Shown piece after piece: positions 1 to 13,270 of a DNA stretch of 64,000 bases. The DNA is from Veleropilina oligotropha (taxonomy: Eukaryota). Where the stretch lies: the NCBI GenBank assembly GCA_048128005.1, contig JBEUKZ010000054.1:1116001-1180000 (forward strand). The letters run 5' to 3'. The notes under the pieces are model-generated. The model worked only from the letters and a program-made list of their open reading frames with translations, did no database searches and was not told the origin of the DNA. Position numbers and translations under genes: made by a program. Each line of letters starts with the position of its first letter. Within the stretch, counting starts at the first letter, position 1.

Positions 1-123
1 TGATATACACATTAGGTCACGACCCTGTACGATGATATACACATTAGGTCGCGACCCTGTACGATGATATACACATTAGGTCACGACCCTGTATGATGAT
101 ATACACATTAGGTCACGACCCTG
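1..123. repeat. 32-bp tandem repeat (tgatatacacattaggtcacgaccctgtacga), about 4 copies, runs off the window start
   Basis: Direct periodicity visible in the sequence. Confidence 0.9.
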
Positions 124-402
124 GTCATTTTCCATTCGAAATGACTGCCGTGAATAGCGAGAATTTTGCTAGTTAAATCTGCGATTTTTAATCCATAAGT
201 TAATTGAGCTTTTTTCCATAAAATGTTTTGCGGCCTTTTATTTTCGCGTTAAATTTAGGTACGCAAAACTCACGAAAATAAAAGGCACACTAAAATATAG
301 GGTTTTACAGTATCGGACAGTAGTGTAATATTTTTAGGATATCATGGGAGATAACCAGACTGAGTGAGTTTCTGTAAATAACCTTTCCAGTACTCATTTC
401 AG

Positions 403-735
403 GGGAGGGAAGCATGGATGAGCTTGATGCCCAATGGACAAAGGATACTGAACTGAAACCGGTGGACTTGAACAAGCTGCTTCCTCGAAATTTCATCGTT
501 TACAAATTTGGCTGCTTTGTAGCCGACATGTTGGCACGCCACTGTCGCCACATGCCGGTAACGATTCTATTGGCTGAAAAGATCCCGCCGAATAATCACC
601 TGTCTCGCAACTACTATCGTAACTCGTTCCATTTCGATGGCAATAACCGAATCCTGTACGTGCGTATGGATAGGCTGGAAAGAGTTGGAGAGATGGTGGT
701 CGTCCTCGTGCACTGTCTAGCGCATATTAAAGCAG
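403..735 (+). CDS. Internal exon A of a large uncharacterized protein gene whose 5' part lies outside the window; the C-terminal region resembles giant GCC2/GCC3 (ephrin-receptor-like) repeat proteins
   Basis: tttcAG acceptor at 401-402 and GTaat donor at 736. Open frame ..GEGSMDELDAQW..YRNSFHF..LYVRMDRLERVGEMVVVLVHCLAHIKA(G). Phase 1 matches the next exon. Family assignment is from recall only. Confidence 0.8.
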
Positions 736-764
736 GTAATTATTACTTTAAATGTGACATACCG

Positions 765-3300
765 TATTCGAACTTTAGGCTCAAGTTTTTCATCAAGTGT
801 ATATGGCTTGCTCAAGGCAGTTTTTTGCATATATATATGCTTTGTTATTGGTGGTATGGATGTCACCTGATACTCTGGCAGTAATAGGGAATAAATTTTA
901 TTATACTTAATGGAAATGTGGTGTTCTTTTGGGACATAGAAATTTGGGTGAACTTTAGGTTAAAGTTTTATAGTTAAAGTTTTTCACCAAGTGTATATGG
1001 CTTGCTCAAGGCACTTTTTGCATATATATATGCTTTGTTATTGGTTGTATGGATGTCACCTGATACTCTGCAAGTATTATGGAATAAATTTTAATATAAT
1101 TATTGAAAATAAAGTGGTGTTTGTGGACATAGAAATATTGGTTAAAGTTTTTGGTTGAAGTTTTTCATTTAGTGGATATTGGCTGCTAAGATCAATTTTT
1201 GGAAGGTGTATGCCTTTGCATTGTTATTCCCCGGGACGATAGTCCCAAAGGGCATATAGCTTTCACTTTCGATGCATATAGCTTTCACTTTCGATGTGTG
1301 TAAACTGTATGTATGTGTGTGTGTCCGGATTTGGTTAAAGTTTTTCATTGAGAGTATATGGCTTTATCAAGGGACTTTTGGCATATATATGCTTTGGTAT
1401 TGATTATATGGATGTTACCTGATACTCTGGCAGTAATATTGAATAAAATTTAATTTAATTATTGCAAATAAATTGGTGTTTTGAACATAGCAATTCTGGT
1501 TAGAATTTCCGGTTAAAGTTTTTCATTTGAGTGTATATGACTTGCTCCATGGACTTTTTGGCATATATATGCTTAGGTATTGATTATGTGGATGTTACCT
1601 GATACTCTGGCAGTGATAATGAATAAAATTTAATTTAATTTATGCAAATAAATTGGTGTTTTTTAACATAGAAATTCGGGTTAGAATTTCCGGTTAAAGT
1701 TTTTCATTGAATGTATATGGCTTGCAATTGCTCAAGGGACTTTTTGACATAATATTATGTATGGCACTTTGGTATTGAATATGGGGATGTTACCTGGTAT
1801 TCTGGCAGTGATAATGAATAAAGTTTAATTTAATGTATGTTTTTGAAATTAGAAATTCGGATTCCAATTTTCGTTTAAAGTGTAGGGCGTATATGGCTTG
1901 ATTAAGGGACTTTTTGGCATATGTATGCTGTGATCTTGATTATATGGACATTACCTGGTACTCTGGCTGTGATATTTAATAAAATTCAATTAATTATTGC
2001 AAATAAATTGGTGCTTTTGAACATAGAAATTATCGTTATAATTTTCAGTTAAAGTTCTTCAGTGAGTGTATATAATGGGCTGTTGAAGGCGGTTTTGGGA
2101 ATATATTTATGTGCTTTGGTATTGTTATATGGATGGCACATGGCAATGATAGTACATAAAATTGGTGTTTTTTGAAATAGAAATTTGGTTAAAGTTTTTC
2201 ATTGAGTGTATATGGCTTGCTCAAGGGACTTTTTGGTATATATATGCTTTAGTATTGATTATATGAATGTTAACCGATTCTCTGGCAGTGGTATTGAATA
2301 ATATTTAATTTAATTTATGCAAATAAATTGGTGTTTTTAAACATAGAAATTCTGATTAGAAATTCTGATTAGAATTTTCGGTTAAAGTTTTTCATTAAGT
2401 GTATATGGCTTGCTCAAGGGACTTTTTGGCATATATAGGATTTGATATTGATTATAGGGATGTTACCTGATAGTCTGGCAGTAATATTGAATAAAATTTA
2501 ATTTAATTTATGCAAATAAATTGGTGTTTTTTAACATAGAAATTCTGATTAGAATTTACGGTTGAAATTGTTCATTGAGCGTATATGACTTGCTTAAGGA
2601 ACTCTTCGGCATATATTATATGCTTTGGTATTGATTATATGAATGTTACCTGAGACTCTGGCAGTGAATATATTTGTTAAAATTGAGTCAATTATTGCAA
2701 ATAAATTTGTGATTTTTAAGATAGAAAATCTTATTAGAATTTTCAGTTAAAGTTTTTATTAAGGGTCTTTTTGGCATATGTTTGCTTTGGTATTGATTAT
2801 ATGGATGTTACCTGGAACTCGGGTAGTGATATCTAATAAAATTGAATTCATTGTAATAATTCCAAATAAATTTGTGTTTTTTAACATAGAAATTCTGGTT
2901 AAAGTTTTCCTGTTAATGTGTATGGGCTGCGGAAGGCTCTATTCGGAATATATTTATATGCTTTGGTAGTATTATATGGATGTCATATGGCAGTGATAGT
3001 GACTAAAATTTAATTTAATTATTGCATAAAATGGGTGTTTTTAGACATAGAAACTTTGTGAAAGTTTTCGTTTAAAATATTTTCAATATTTTCATATGGG
3101 TGATCAAGACGCTTTTTGTATACACATACTTTGGTAGTTAATATATTGATGATGCCGGGGCATACCCATGTTCCGGGAACATAGTTTTTCTAGTTTATAT
3201 AAATATCACCTAATTTCATATATTTCATGCATAACATTTGTGTTTTTGGACTTAGAATTTTCAGCTAAAGTTTTTCAATGATTGCATATGAGATGGTCAA
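765..3300. repeat. Degenerate ~170-190-bp satellite array in the intron, associated with a HINE (Helentron-type non-autonomous element) at ~1222-3195
   Basis: Recurrent ggttaaagtttttcattgagtgtatatggcttgctcaagggac..gttacctgatactctggcag..aacatagaaattc. 5' ttattccccgg followed by a (gt)n/gtcc microsatellite at ~1310-1326; 3' ccgggcata..ttctagttt at ~3157-3196. Confidence 0.75.
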
Positions 3301-4661
3301 AACACTTTTCTAGTAAATTCCTAAATCTAAATGGGTGAGACATATTGGACCGTGGTTCTTATTTAAGCACCCAGGGCACTAAATAGGTCGAATACGCTAT
3401 TATATCCCGTGTTGCTTGTTCTTGGAGCACTGCTTAATGGTCTATTTTTTAGCACCCAGCAGGATCATATTAGGAGCTGTCCATATTATTGTGGGAGGAA
3501 AACCCAGTAACATGTGAAAACCCGCCCTCAATGGTCAGTTTTTGACCGCTGTGCCTGTTGATTGAGCAAAGTGTTATGACAGTGTGTGATTGAAACCCAC
3601 TCCTGTTAATCAGAGCATTCAGACGAATGGATTTGGAGCCACTCTTTTGTTCATTACACACTGGTGCAGTCATGCGTGCAATTATCACATTCAACAAGCT
3701 TTTTGTAGCAAGATTATTCAGTTTTGTTGTGCCTGTTGTTTCTTGCATATTTTCATGCACCATTGGTTGTTTTTTGTTGTAAACACACAGATTTCTGTCC
3801 AGAGGCTAGGATAATATTTATTCCAGGAAATCAAAAGTTGAAAGTCGGCTAATTAGTGGCAAACATCAAATGCATTGAGAAATTAGCAGAAAAAGTGTAC
3901 ATTCTTAAACTATATTAAATTGTCTGTTTTTAATCAAATTACTAAAAACAAACCCTTATGCTTCAGTGAATTCTTTGCTGGCATATATTGCAGTATTGTG
4001 GTATGAGTAATGCTGTGCTATTGGATTTACCGATTTAAAGTTGTTTCATCACATTGAATAGATAAAAATTCAGTGTTTGCATTAAATCCTTTCTGGTACA
4101 TGTTATGTATATATTTGTCATTTTCACTAGGACTAGAGTGCCTACAACCAATCTGTATTCCTTTTATAGCTTGCAAATGCAGTCATTATTAGCTATTTGT
4201 AATTAGTAATTTACAAATTACACATTTCTACAAAAATAATAACCTTGAAACTATGTGATTTCCATTATGTGATCATATGTTTGGCACTTTATTGAAATGA
4301 AACATATCTTGAGCAGACGCCATATTTTGTCCTGCCTTTATAGTACAGGCGACGTTATTTACTTAATTTTTTGAGATCTTGTCGCTGATTGTTTAATTTA
4401 CACTGGTAATATGAGACCATATTACCGGTTACCCTAGTATTACGCGCTCATATTACCTGCTTGGGAGTTCGTATTACCTGCAGTGGGTAAATTTATTGTA
4501 CGGAGCCATATGCCCTGGTGCTAAGCCAATGATATCACTAGAATTTTGCCCAAACGGTAATAATGATTTGTATCAAATCCCTCATGTCGATGCGCCTGTC
4601 CAATGTATTGCTTATTTTAGTTCTATGGCTGGCAGTGCACTATTTATATTCTTTATTTCAG

Positions 4662-4959
4662 GCGATTTGAGGGACGACACTAACCCAGAGTTTGTGCGCG
4701 AGTATCAGCAGGCACTGGCGGTGATCTGTGATGACTTGTTCTTCGCTCGGTATCGCCGCTCATCTAATCTGGCGCACGCTCTCGCCAACGACAACGGTAA
4801 TGTGGAGAAGGCGGCGGGCCAGTTCCTCGAGATCGTTTTCAACAACCGCCACAACGAGGAATCCAAGAGTCAGGGCATAGAGGACCTGATTGACACAAAG
4901 TTGTTGCCAGGCACAGATGGTAAAGGCGTGCACTTCAACAGCCAGCGCATCGCTGACAG
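4662..4959 (+). CDS. Exon B of the same gene
   Basis: tttcAG at 4660-4661 and GTggg at 4960. G|GC joins ..HIKAG-DLRDDTNPEFVREYQQAL.. in frame; phase 2 end; GC-rich relative to the introns. Confidence 0.85.
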
Positions 4960-5194
4960 GTGGGTTTAGTTTAGCTGCCTGAATATATGATGTATTTTGC
5001 ACGTTTTATCATATGATTGCACTTTATCCAATACTTGTCAGTGAACAGGTTTAGCATAAATAACGATAAGTTCTTGAAACTGACGATCCAACCAATGCAT
5101 TTCAGTGTTTGTGATATTGTGTAAAAATAAGATTGTATAAAAAATATTTATGCTATTATTCAAATTTGTATTTATTTTATTTTAATAATCCACA

Positions 5195-5552
5195 TTTGTA
5201 TGCCCCCACCAATTTATTTGGGGGGGGGGGACGGGCATTTAGATTGACCCTTGTCCGTCCGTTCCAAAAACCAGTATTTGCGTGCAAGTAACTCCATTCT
5301 GCTATAACTTCCATCTGCCTTCATGGATTGACTTGATACTTCATATACTTGCTTATCATCATGCATACTTCCCTTCTGCGACCCACCCATGTCACCCCTA
5401 TGCTCTAGGTCAAGGTCATTTCCATTCGCTGCATCCATCCTCCATCCTGAAAACCAGTAGTTGTCTGTAAATAACTCTACAAAATGATCTTTGCTGCCCC
5501 TTTAGTCAAGGTTGCCAGTGGGGCATTCGTGTCCCATGGACTCATTTCTAGT
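5195..5552 (+). mobile_element. Short HINE/DINE-like non-autonomous Helentron element
   Basis: 5' tatgcccccac with its inverted partner gtggggcatt near the 3' end, gtccgtccg microsatellite, 3' ttctagtttt in T-rich flanks. Confidence 0.65.
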
Positions 5553-5856
5553 TTTACATGATTTCCATTTAATAAGGTAGAATTTTAAGTTGCGATTATT
5601 CTGTTCATGTAAAGATTCGTTATTGATGATACTTTTGTGGATGGTAACATTTAACATTTTCAGCAACAGCAAGCAGATGCGTACCATAATGCACTAGCGA
5701 TTAATGGTCGACTGTTGTTGCGTAACGTTTCTTTATATAAATACTAGCAAATATTATGCAAGGGTGATATACAGTGGTATACTAGTATAAATATTATGCA
5801 AGGGTGATGTTATTAAAGGCAGTTTACATGTTCTTCATCTTTCTGTCTTTGTTTAG

Positions 5857-6005
5857 ATTGTCCAAGTATAGCGAAGCTTCCATGACAACAAAGCTGCAAG
5901 GGATGCTGGGTAATATGGAACATAAGCTTCAACAGGCTCAGGAACAGGGTACAAAGACGAACCTAAACAGTCGCATGGCTGAGATGCAGCAGAAGTATTC
6001 ACCAG
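5857..6005 (+). CDS. Exon C of the same gene
   Basis: gtttAG at 5855-5856 and GTgag at 6006. AG|A gives Arg, then LSKYSEASM..QKYSP in frame; phase 1 end. Confidence 0.8.
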
Positions 6006-6206
6006 GTGAGTGGTCGTATTCACGATCTGATGTCATAGTTCACGATACAATCATCATCCGCCAGTGTTTGTGACATGTATTATGTTTAATATACTTCGCT
6101 TTTATTCAATTGAAAATTCCCAATTTCAGGCTACGATTTCTATGATAAGATTAGTCGTCATTCATGATTATATGATCTATATTGGTGCACGCAATTGACG
6201 TTTCAG

Positions 6207-6346
6207 AGGACGACGTGTCCGTGTTGCAGCCTGTTCCTGCGAGCTTCATCTCTGCCAACATGACCGGTAATGCTTTGTGGCAGACTTTCGTCAATGCAGA
6301 GGACCCAGACAAGAAGACGAGGATTCCAGCATCTGACATGAAAGTG
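6207..6346 (+). CDS. Exon D of the same gene
   Basis: tttcAG at 6205-6206 and GTatgt at 6347. G|AG gives Glu, then DDVSVLQPV..SDMKV; phase 0 end. Confidence 0.7.
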
Positions 6347-6968
6347 GTATGTAAAGCGAGTAAAGGATGTTGTTGATTGAAAATAAATGTTTGGTTTCCG
6401 TAAACAGATTACTACGCTTATATACACACTATGAGGCGGTTATTTGAATAATAATACTCTGCTACCCCTTGGCGATATAAACATAACAGCCTCACTCTCG
6501 CTCAATCTTTTGTGTATATATATATCACGCGGGATGACAGAGTATTATCTATTATGTAATGCTGAATGGAAGAACACTTCTTATGACAAAGGGTTGATAC
6601 AATATGAGATTGTCATTCTGGTTAAAATAAGGGCTGTTTACCAGGCCTCATTATATTATATTGTGTATATGGTTGCGCACATGAAATTCATTATGATCGT
6701 TTAATTCATAAACCAGTGATTTATAGTGCAGTAATTTGATGTCCCATGATTCAATATTTCTGTATTTGTTGGCTCAGCATGACTGACTGCCTCAGAGTCT
6801 GGTAAAGGATGTTTGTTTTGTGTGGTGACATAATATACTTTATAATATGCCAGTCGTTTTTGTATCTTGCCCACAGCTGATATGGACGGAAAATGCCTCC
6901 TGCTTATATACTAAAATGGCTGTTATTTTATACGGAATAAACATTAATGCGTGATATAATTTTGGCAG

Positions 6969-7295
6969 ATATCCCATGATTCTTTGGACCAATGTGATGA
7001 CCTTTCGGCTGATTTGTCAAACATCAGTCACAAATCGATTGATTTAAAGGACCAGATACAATCAGTGGAGGAAGAGATCACAGCGGAAACAGAGCTCGGA
7101 CAAGCAGTCCAGGGAAACGCCGGACAGCGCCAGAAACACGCGGCAAACGTCTTGGATCTGAAGAAGAGGCTGTCTACTCTGAAGTCCGAGCTGACGAAGT
7201 CCGACATGGAAAAGAACCAGATCCTGGAAACCTTGAAAAAGTGTCAAGCTGATGTAGACAGTGGAACACATGGAAAGAGTGCCCAGAAAAAGTAA
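6969..7295 (+). CDS. Terminal coding exon E of the same gene (coiled-coil-like tail)
   Basis: ggcAG at 6967-6968; phase 0, ISHDSLDQCDDLSADL..KSAQKK then TAA; heptad-like L/K/E/Q-rich sequence. Confidence 0.8.
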   Translation: MSHDSLDQCDDLSADLSNISHKSIDLKDQIQSVEEEITAETELGQAVQGNAGQRQKHAANVLDLKKRLSTLKSELTKSDMEKNQILETLKKCQADVDSGTHGKSAQKK

Positions 7296-7650
7296 TCATA
7301 TGAAGACATCTTAACCGTTTGAATTTTGTCGTCAGAAAATTGTTGTTTTTAAACTGCACCACTTTAATTAATTATTTAATGACACTGGTACGTGCGTGTT
7401 GGACTTGATATTTGTAGTTAAAGATATCAGTACGATCTTACCACATAATCCATATCAGGATATAAACTATTCAATGTTATCATGTTAACAAAATGCAGAC
7501 ATAGCATACAGAATTCATGTTCTCAAAATGCAGACATAACATACTGAATTCATGTTCACAAAATGCAGACATAACATACAGAATTCTAAGGGTTAAATAT
7601 GTGTTGCTGTCTTGTTTGGCAATCCAACTTGAGGGTATTTTTAAGTTTAT

Positions 7651-8036
7651 ATATTGTCATGAAGGAATATCAATTGAAATGATCGAGTGTTCACATATCT
7701 GGTATTATATTGTCATGAAATAATATCAATTGGAATGATCGAGTGTTCACATATCTGGTATTATATTGTCATGAAGGAATATCAGTTGGAATGTTCGAGT
7801 GTTCACATATCTGGTATTATATTGTCATGAAGGAATATCAATTGAAATGATAGAGTGTTCACATATCTGGTATTATATTGTCATGAAGGAATATCAATTG
7901 GAATGATAGAGTGTTCACATATCTGGTATTATATTGTCATGAAAGAATATCAATTGGAATGAACGAGTGTTCACGTATCTGGTATTATATTGTCAGAATA
8001 TCAATTGGAATGATCGAGTGTTCACGTATCTGGTAT
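7651..8036. repeat. 56-bp tandem repeat, about 7 copies
   Basis: atattgtcatgaaggaatatcaattggaatgatcgagtgttcacatatctggtatt repeated. Confidence 0.92.
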
Positions 8037-9401
8037 TTCAATGATGATGAATTTGACTGTGTTATATTTGTATCGATATTCAATTTGTCCGTCCACTTTT
8101 TGACGCTGGGTCCTTATATTTTTTGCTTATATTATATGTTGATAGTGATTTTAAGCATTCTGTGATTTAATTTATATCTTTTAATTTGTATAATATATAT
8201 TAAACTAGAATTAGAGATATCACACTAATTATTTACATGATTTATTTCACATATTTATCGCTAATATATTTGTAATTCTTTGATAGACAAACGTTTAAAA
8301 GCAAACGAGCTTCTCATTTTCTTGATTTACATGTGATGCGCGTTTAAATATATATTGTGGAGATTATCATACAACTTGTTTTGATTTTCGTTTCGTATTT
8401 CGATATATCAAGATTCATATGCTATCAAAAATCTAATTGAAGCAATCACGTTATGTTTCAATATTCTAGTGCTTTTCTAAAATATTTGGATTTGATTCTT
8501 GTAATGTAAGCATTTAAATTGAAAGGCGTTGTTGGCTTATAAACTTGCTGATCATGTATATAGTGTGTTGCACCATCTGTATTGCATTGCACCATGCATT
8601 AATGTTAAATATATATATAGAATATGGGAACACAATATGCTTGTTGAAGTGGCTTCCGTTCAAATGTAAATACAGGACTAGCTTTGCGCTAATTTACACT
8701 TGAAGTTCAGCAGGTTGTCTCCTAGTGGATGCATGCATTAGGAAGTATATGAAGAATTAATATTAACTACATTCAATTTGATAACATGTTACCATGATAA
8801 TGACACGCTATTCTGGTTTTGATATGTGTCAGCCTTGAATAGGAGCTTTCATACTTGAAATTCCCATACATTCATAAGCCGCAATTCTTGTTTACTAATA
8901 GCATTGTAAGAATAACCATTATGTTGCTCCTTCGTCTTCCTCTGCAGACACGTTTCACAACATATCTTATTAATTATGATGTCAGTATTCTGTTGCAACA
9001 CGTTGAAGTGAGATGTCTTCAATATTTATTTACACGTTATTTTGTGATGTCTATTTTATAAACAGCTGGCTGTTCTTCAATCAATTTACATACATGTATT
9101 ATATTCTGGTGACAGTATTTATTGTGTAATTAATATATTTTCTACTGTTGAATTTTAACAACCTATTTTGTTACTTCTTTAAAGTAAACCATTCAAAATC
9201 AAATATGTCGTTTTTAATATATTATACCATTAGCTTAGCAACGTTAATGGTGCTGAAGGCCCTGTGGTCGTTTCTGCTTGATTCGACTTCTCAGAAGCAA
9301 AGTTATTACATGGCCGAGTGGTCAAAGAGCAGAGTTGCCGGACATCCTGTTACATATAAACATATATTGACCAGACACTTTGTTCAATTAACAATAACAT
9401 T

Positions 9402-11901
9402 TGTCCTAACTGTCCTGTGTCCTAACTGTCCTGTGTCCTAACTGTCCTGTGTCCTAACTGTCCTGTGTCCTAACTGTCCTGTGTCCTAACTGTCCTGTGT
9501 CCTAACTGTCCTGTGTCCTAACTGTCCTGTGTCCTAACTGTCCTGTGTCCTAACTGTCCTGTGTCCTAACTGTCCTGTGTCCTAACTGTCCTGTGTCCTA
9601 ACTGTCCTGTGTCCTAACTGTCCTGTGTCCTAACTGTCCTGTGTCCTAACTGTCCTGTGTCCTAACTGTCCTGTGTCCTAACTGTCCTGTGTCCTAACTG
9701 TCCTGTGTCCTAACTGTCCTGTGTCCTAACTGTCCTGTGTCCTAACTGTCCTGTGTCCTAACTGTCCTGTGTCCTAACTGTCCTGTGTCCTAACTGTCCT
9801 GTGTCCTAACTGTCCTGTGTCCTAACTGTCCTGTGTCCTAACTGTCCTGTGTCCTAACTGTCCTGTGTCCTAACTGTCCTGTGTCCTAACTGTCCTGTGT
9901 CCTAACTGTCCTGTGTCCTAACTGTCCTGTGTCCTAACTGTCCTGTGTCCTAACTGTCCTGTGTCCTAACTGTCCTGTGTCCTAACTGTCCTGTGTCCTA
10001 ACTGTCCTGTGTCCTAACTGTCCTGTGTCCTAACTGTCCTGTGTCCTAACTGTCCTGTGTCCTAACTGTCCTGTGTCCTAACTGTCCTGTGTCCTAACTG
10101 TCCTGTGTCCTAACTGTCCTGTGTCCTAACTGTCCTGTGTCCTAACTGTCCTGTGTCCTAACTGTCCTGTGTCCTAACTGTCCTGTGTCCTAACTGTCCT
10201 GTGTCCTAACTGTCCTGTGTCCTAACTGTCCTGTGTCCTAACTGTCCTGTGTCCTAACTGTCCTGTGTCCTAACTGTCCTGTGTCCTAACTGTCCTGTGT
10301 CCTAACTGTCCTGTGTCCTAACTGTCCTGTGTCCTAACTGTCCTGTGTCCTAACTGTCCTGTGTCCTAACTGTCCTGTGTCCTAACTGTCCTGTGTCCTA
10401 ACTGTCCTGTGTCCTAACTGTCCTGTGTCCTAACTGTCCTGTGTCCTAACTGTCCTGTGTCCTAACTGTCCTGTGTCCTAACTGTCCTGTGTCCTAACTG
10501 TCCTGTGTCCTAACTGTCCTGTGTCCTAACTGTCCTGTGTCCTAACTGTCCTGTGTCCTAACTGTCCTGTGTCCTAACTGTCCTGTGTCCTAACTGTCCT
10601 GTGTCCTAACTGTCCTGTGTCCTAACTGTCCTGTGTCCTAACTGTCCTGTGTCCTAACTGTCCTGTGTCCTAACTGTCCTGTGTCCTAACTGTCCTGTGT
10701 CCTAACTGTCCTGTGTCCTAACTGTCCTAACTGTCCTGTGTCCTAACTGTCCTGTGTCCTAACTGTCCTAACTGTCCTGTGTCCTAACTGTCCTGTGTCC
10801 TAACTGTCCTGTGTCCTAACTGTCCTGTGTCCTAACTGTCCTGTGTCCTAACTGTCCTGTGTCCTAACTGTCCTGTGTCCTAACTGTCCTGTGTCCTAAC
10901 TGTCCTGTGTCCTAACCGTCCTGTGTCCTAACTGTCCTGTGTCCTAACTGTCCTGTGTCCTAACCGTCCTGTGTCCTAACTGTCCTGTGTCCTAACTGTC
11001 CTGTGTCCTAACTGTCCTGTGTCCTAACTGTCCTGTGTCCTAACTGTCCTGTGTCCTAACTGTCCTGTGTCCTAACTGTCCTGTGTCCTAACTGTCCTGT
11101 GTCCTAACTGTCCTGTGTCCTAACTGTCCTGTGTCCTAACTGTCCTGTGTCCTAACTGTCCTGTGTCCTAACTGTCCTGTGTCCTAACTGTCCTGTGTCC
11201 TAACTGTCCTGTGTCCTAACTGTCCTGTGTCCTAACTGTCCTGTGTCCTAACTGTCCTGTGTCCTAACTGTCCTGTGTCCTAACTGTCCTGTGTCCTAAC
11301 TGTCCTGTGTCCTAACTGTCCTGTGTCCTAACTGTCCTGTGTCCTAACTGTCCTGTGTCCTAACTGTCCTGTGTCCTAACTGTCCTGTGTCCTAACTGTC
11401 CTGTGTCCTAACTGTCCTGTGTCCTAACTGTCCTGTGTCCTAACTGTCCTGTGTCCTAACTGTCCTGTGTCCTAACTGTCCTGTGTCCTAACTGTCCTGT
11501 GTCCTAACTGTCCTGTGTCCTAACTGTCCTGTGTCCTAACTGTCCTGTGTCCTAACTGTCCTGTGTCCTAACTGTCCTGTGTCCTAACTGTCCTGTGTCC
11601 TAACTGTCCTGTGTCCTAACTGTCCTGTGTCCTAACTGTCCTGTGTCCTAACTGTCCTGTGTCCTAACTGTCCTGTGTCCTAACTGTCCTGTGTCCTAAC
11701 TGTCCTGTGTCCTAACTGTCCTGTGTCCTAACTGTCCTGTGTCCTAACTGTCCTGTGTCCTAACTGTCCTGTGTCCTAACTGTCCTGTGTCCTAACTGTC
11801 CTGTGTCCTAACTGTCCTGTGTCCTAACTGTCCTGTTTCCTAACTGTCCTGTGTCCTAACTGTCCTGTGTCCTAACTGTCCTGTGTCCTAACTGTCCTGT
11901 G
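9402..11901. repeat. Near-perfect 16-bp minisatellite (gtcctaactgtcctgt)n, about 155 copies
   Basis: Exact 16-bp period with only a handful of variant units. Confidence 0.98.
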
Positions 11902-12894
11902 CAGGCAGATTTTCTTGTCGGACAATACTCTCTTTTCATGATAACATGTACTGTTCTGATATGACACTGAAGAGTTATAAAATGAAACATTAATCATAAA
12001 TCTGAACCAAAACAAAAAGGATGAAAATGGCATTGAAATACATCTTATATTTCCACGTATATAATGTTCGTTCTCGCAATTAATCGCCGCAAAAACTACG
12101 ACGTCACTCGAGGTTTCCGACGTGCCAGAATCAACACAATACTGATAACATTTTTATTGTATGACACAACAAGTTTCTTATTAAATTGAATCAAAAGATT
12201 ATAGTAATTTTAGTCATGAATCTGTAAGGGAGGTTGAAATAATTTACGATTATTTAACAACGCGTACAGTGCATAAATATGTCTCGTAAGTATGCATTGA
12301 CGTCACATCACTATGTATATTAATATGACGTCATCTCATAAAGAATGTTTGAAATGCTCTTAAGGAATTGACATTGCGAGTTTGCGTAAAATAACAAATA
12401 ATGTTCTAATGCCTTCTGAGTTAAATACAATTTGCCAGATGCAGTTTTGTATTTTTAATGTCAATTCAAATTTAATAACAAAATGTAAATAACAAAAATG
12501 TAATTTAAGCTTTAAGATCTGTTACTTTAATAAATGCAGTAAAAACTAACACGTTTATCCATAATTACTTGGAACTAGTTCCTATGATTTGGCAGTCGTT
12601 TTGAATATATAAGCAGGAGACGTTTTCTGAATCCATATCAGCTGTGTGCGTGATACAGGGTCTCGGAAAGATGCACGAGGAAATGCGTGAGAAAACGACT
12701 GGCATATAATAAAAGCCCATATATTCTTCAAATGACCTCCAGAATATATCACATAATGTGTAACACTTGCCATGTGCGAGCAAGAGAGAGAGAGATTACT
12801 GCAATTGGCTGACTGGATGAGTATCTATATTGAATATTGTATTATTGTTGTATAGTGGTGTTCAACGAGGAAGTTGTATACAAATATCAGGCTG

Positions 12895-13090
12895 CCCCAG
12901 GAGTCATGTGGTCTCAAGTGCTGACTCTAAAATCAGTGGCTCGATTGCGCTAACTAACAGGAGTGGGTTCTAACCTCGGTTGGTCATGACATTCTTATTG
13001 TTCAGTTATCAATTGCAGTTGTCTGGCGATGGCGAGTTTCATCCCGGGCGACCTGGCTTTCGTTTCTCGATAATATGGATATTTACACAA
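12895..13090 (+). mobile_element. Diverged copy of the tRNA-derived SINE family
   Basis: Collinear similarity to 33554-33812 (gactctaaaatcagtggc..gtgggttc..cagttgtc..cccgggcgacc..gataa). Confidence 0.55.
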
Positions 13091-13270
13091 CGGCTCTTTT
13101 GTTTTGAAGAGGTTGGTATTCAGCGTGAACACCTTGTTTTCAATGACGATTTAAAAGTAGGGTGGTATAGCCATACCCTTACTTTTCACTCTATACCGAC
13201 CTGCGTCCGTGCAAGACGGATAAAACTGATCACAAGATAAATTGACAACAAAGGAGCTAATTGGCTGTTG

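Noticed and set aside
170..311. MITE right-end fragment (..ggttttacagta)
   Set aside because: No partner TIR within the window; cannot be delimited
6130..6167. Alternative acceptor for exon D (tttcAG at 6128-6129)
   Set aside because: Hits TGA after ~11 codons in the required phase; 6207 keeps the frame open
9402..11901. Telomere or interstitial telomeric array
   Set aside because: The unit is 16 bp with a single CCTAA, not tandem TTAGGG or TTAGG
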